A stretch of 38,845 nt of DNA from Spirochaeta sp. UBA2779 (GTDB lineage: Bacteria > Spirochaetota > Spirochaetia > DSM-2461): positions 1-38,845 of the forward strand of contig DEIH01000249.1 of NCBI GenBank assembly GCA_002352375.1. The letters are read 5' to 3'. Positions 37,278-38,845 of the stretch are shown here, piece by piece. The notes below the pieces were generated by a model, which was given only the letters and a program-made list of their open reading frames with translations, ran no database searches and was not told where the DNA came from. Every line of letters starts with the position of its first letter. Position 1 is the first letter of the stretch. A program made the position numbers and the translations under genes.

Positions 37278-38632
37278 TACTTGCCGCTGATCTGGGAACC
37301 AGTTCACTAAAAGCCGGTTTACTGGAATCTAATGGTAGTTTAAAGGCACGTGTCCGGGTTCCTTACCCTCATCCTCCAGGCCTGAAGGGCGAATCGTTCA
37401 GCCCTTTTCAATGGGAGCAGGCTTTTACAGAGGCCCTCAGGCTTCTTCCGGCTGCTGACATTACGGCGATTTCCATGAGTGGAAACGGCCCGACTCTAGT
37501 GGCCCTTGATAGAAACGGACAGCCTGTCTCGGGAGCGGAACTCTGGCTCTATCAGCATTCAATTCGAATTGAAGATTCCAAATCTTACTATCTGCCCAAG
37601 ATTGAATGGCTCAGGCGCAATGCCGGTGATATCTGGAATAATACAAGTTTTGTTATTTCGTGCCCTGAATACCTTCAGTACAGGCTTACCGGTCGAAGAA
37701 CCATGACCCTGCCCCATGAGAGCTTTAGGAAATACATCTGGGATAAGCCGCAGCAGGACAGTTATGAAATTGAAAACTCTATGCTTCCATCGATGGTTCT
37801 TATGGGGGATATTGCCGGGTTGGTGACAGAAGAAGCTTCTGCTGAATTCGGCTTGAAAACCGGAATTCCGGTGGTAGCTTCAGGATCGGATTTTATGATG
37901 GCTCTTCTGGGTTCGGGTGCAGTAATGCCGGGTATGGTCTGTGACAGGGCGGGTACAAGTGAGGGTATTAACTACTGTGCCGAACAGCCTTCAGGTGATT
38001 CGAGGTTGAGAGATTTACCCCATGTTATCGAGCCTTACTGGAATACTGCCGCCATACTATCCTCCACCGGATCTGTCTTTGAATGGTATCGGAGGCTTAC
38101 CGGACAGGAAAACTGGAAATATCAAAGAACACTTGATGAGGTTGATAAAGTACCTCCCGGTAGAACGGCCCCGATGTTTTTCCCCGGGTACCGGGGGGAT
38201 ACTCTCTGGGAATTCGGCGGGGGGAGCTTTCACCATCTGGAACCGGGGCACGGCCGGGCCGAGATGGGGCGGGCAGTGATGGAGGCCATCGGATTTGCCG
38301 TGAGGAGAGGTATAGAACTCCTTGAAGAATCAAACCTTTCTGTTACTGAAATGAGGGTAACCGGCGGCCAGGCCAGAGGCAGGGTATGGAATCAGATGAA
38401 GGCCGATATTACTGGAAAGAGGCTGCTTATCCCCGAGACTGAAGATGCTGAACTTGCCGGATGTGCTTGCTGTGCAGCAGCGGCATTAGGACGATTTGAT
38501 TCTCCTGTTGAAGCTGTGGAAACCTATGTCCGGATACGATCTGTTATCGAACCTGATCCCTCGAATGTATCCCTGTATAACGAGGCTTATCTGGGATATA
38601 GAGAATCTGCGGAGGAATTGCTGAAACACTAG
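37274..38632 (+). CDS. FGGY-family carbohydrate kinase (xylulokinase-like)
   Basis: ADLGTSSLKA, PKIEWL, GSD...LLG.G, RAGTS, RAVMEAI, TGGQAR...WNQMKADITG; ATGA overlap with prs. Confidence 0.88.
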   Translation: MILAADLGTSSLKAGLLESNGSLKARVRVPYPHPPGLKGESFSPFQWEQAFTEALRLLPAADITAISMSGNGPTLVALDRNGQPVSGAELWLYQHSIRIEDSKSYYLPKIEWLRRNAGDIWNNTSFVISCPEYLQYRLTGRRTMTLPHESFRKYIWDKPQQDSYEIENSMLPSMVLMGDIAGLVTEEASAEFGLKTGIPVVASGSDFMMALLGSGAVMPGMVCDRAGTSEGINYCAEQPSGDSRLRDLPHVIEPYWNTAAILSSTGSVFEWYRRLTGQENWKYQRTLDEVDKVPPGRTAPMFFPGYRGDTLWEFGGGSFHHLEPGHGRAEMGRAVMEAIGFAVRRGIELLEESNLSVTEMRVTGGQARGRVWNQMKADITGKRLLIPETEDAELAGCACCAAAALGRFDSPVEAVETYVRIRSVIEPDPSNVSLYNEAYLGYRESAEELLKH

Positions 38633-38677
38633 GCACAATCCTTGCGTCATTTTAAGAGGTTTCTTGTTTAATCCGGG

Positions 38678-38706
38678 TTGACATAACATAGACCCGCAGA
38701 TATTAT
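38678..38706 (+). promoter_or_regulatory. sigma70 promoter of the tRNA gene
   Basis: TTGACA (38678-38683), 17-nt spacer, TATTAT (38701-38706), 15 nt before the tRNA 5' end. Confidence 0.75.
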
Positions 38707-38721
38707 CACCGACGCTTGCAT

Positions 38722-38794
38722 GCCTCTGTAGCTCAGTCGGTAGAGCACAGCCATGGTAAGGCTGGGGTCATCGGTTCAAGTCCGATCGGAGGCT
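38722..38794 (+). tRNA. tRNA-Thr (anticodon GGT); CCA not encoded
   Basis: Acceptor GCCTCTG/CGGAGGC; D arm GCTC..GAGC; anticodon arm CAGCC-ATGGTAA-GGCTG; T arm ATCGG-TTCAAGT-CCGAT. Confidence 0.96.
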
Positions 38795-38845
38795 TTTCCT
38801 TCTCCTGTCGTTTTAATTCAGCAGGATCTTTTTGTAAGGGAGTAT

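Noticed and set aside
424-38689. Numerous short ORFs (60-210 aa) antisense to or out of frame within the major genes
   Set aside because: Shadow ORFs largely overlapping well-supported genes, with no recognisable motifs
38722-38845. Integrative element at tRNA-Thr
   Set aside because: Only ~50 nt of downstream sequence are visible, and there is no integrase or duplicated tRNA 3' end in the window

Overview
Gene-dense chromosomal core region, most likely from a spirochaete (inferred from the prfB-PEGA-ftsY-hypothetical-lolCDE gene order, the long-form Prs, the alpha2-type GlyRS and the FlgD-Ig/OmpA envelope protein). It encodes translation and housekeeping functions (RlmKL, RF2 with a programmed +1 frameshift, FtsY, LolCDE-type ABC transporter, ClpC, GluRS, GlyRS, TyrS, Prs, tRNA-Thr(GGT)), several envelope proteins, and orphan signalling proteins (Hpt, CheY-like, degenerate HD-GYP). 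I found no mobile element and no CRISPR array. The most notable observations are: (i) a solo Cas2/VapD-like gene with no cas1 or array, between an Hpt gene and prfB; (ii) a 1342-aa protein with a putative beta-barrel, 8 Ig repeats and an OmpA domain; (iii) a collapsed pseudogene fusing a NifU/IscU-like scaffold gene to the tail of the GGGtGRT gene, apparently by a microhomology-mediated deletion; (iv) an uncharacterised exported beta-repeat protein translationally coupled between ftsY and lolCDE. All family assignments come from motif recognition by eye, not from database searches.
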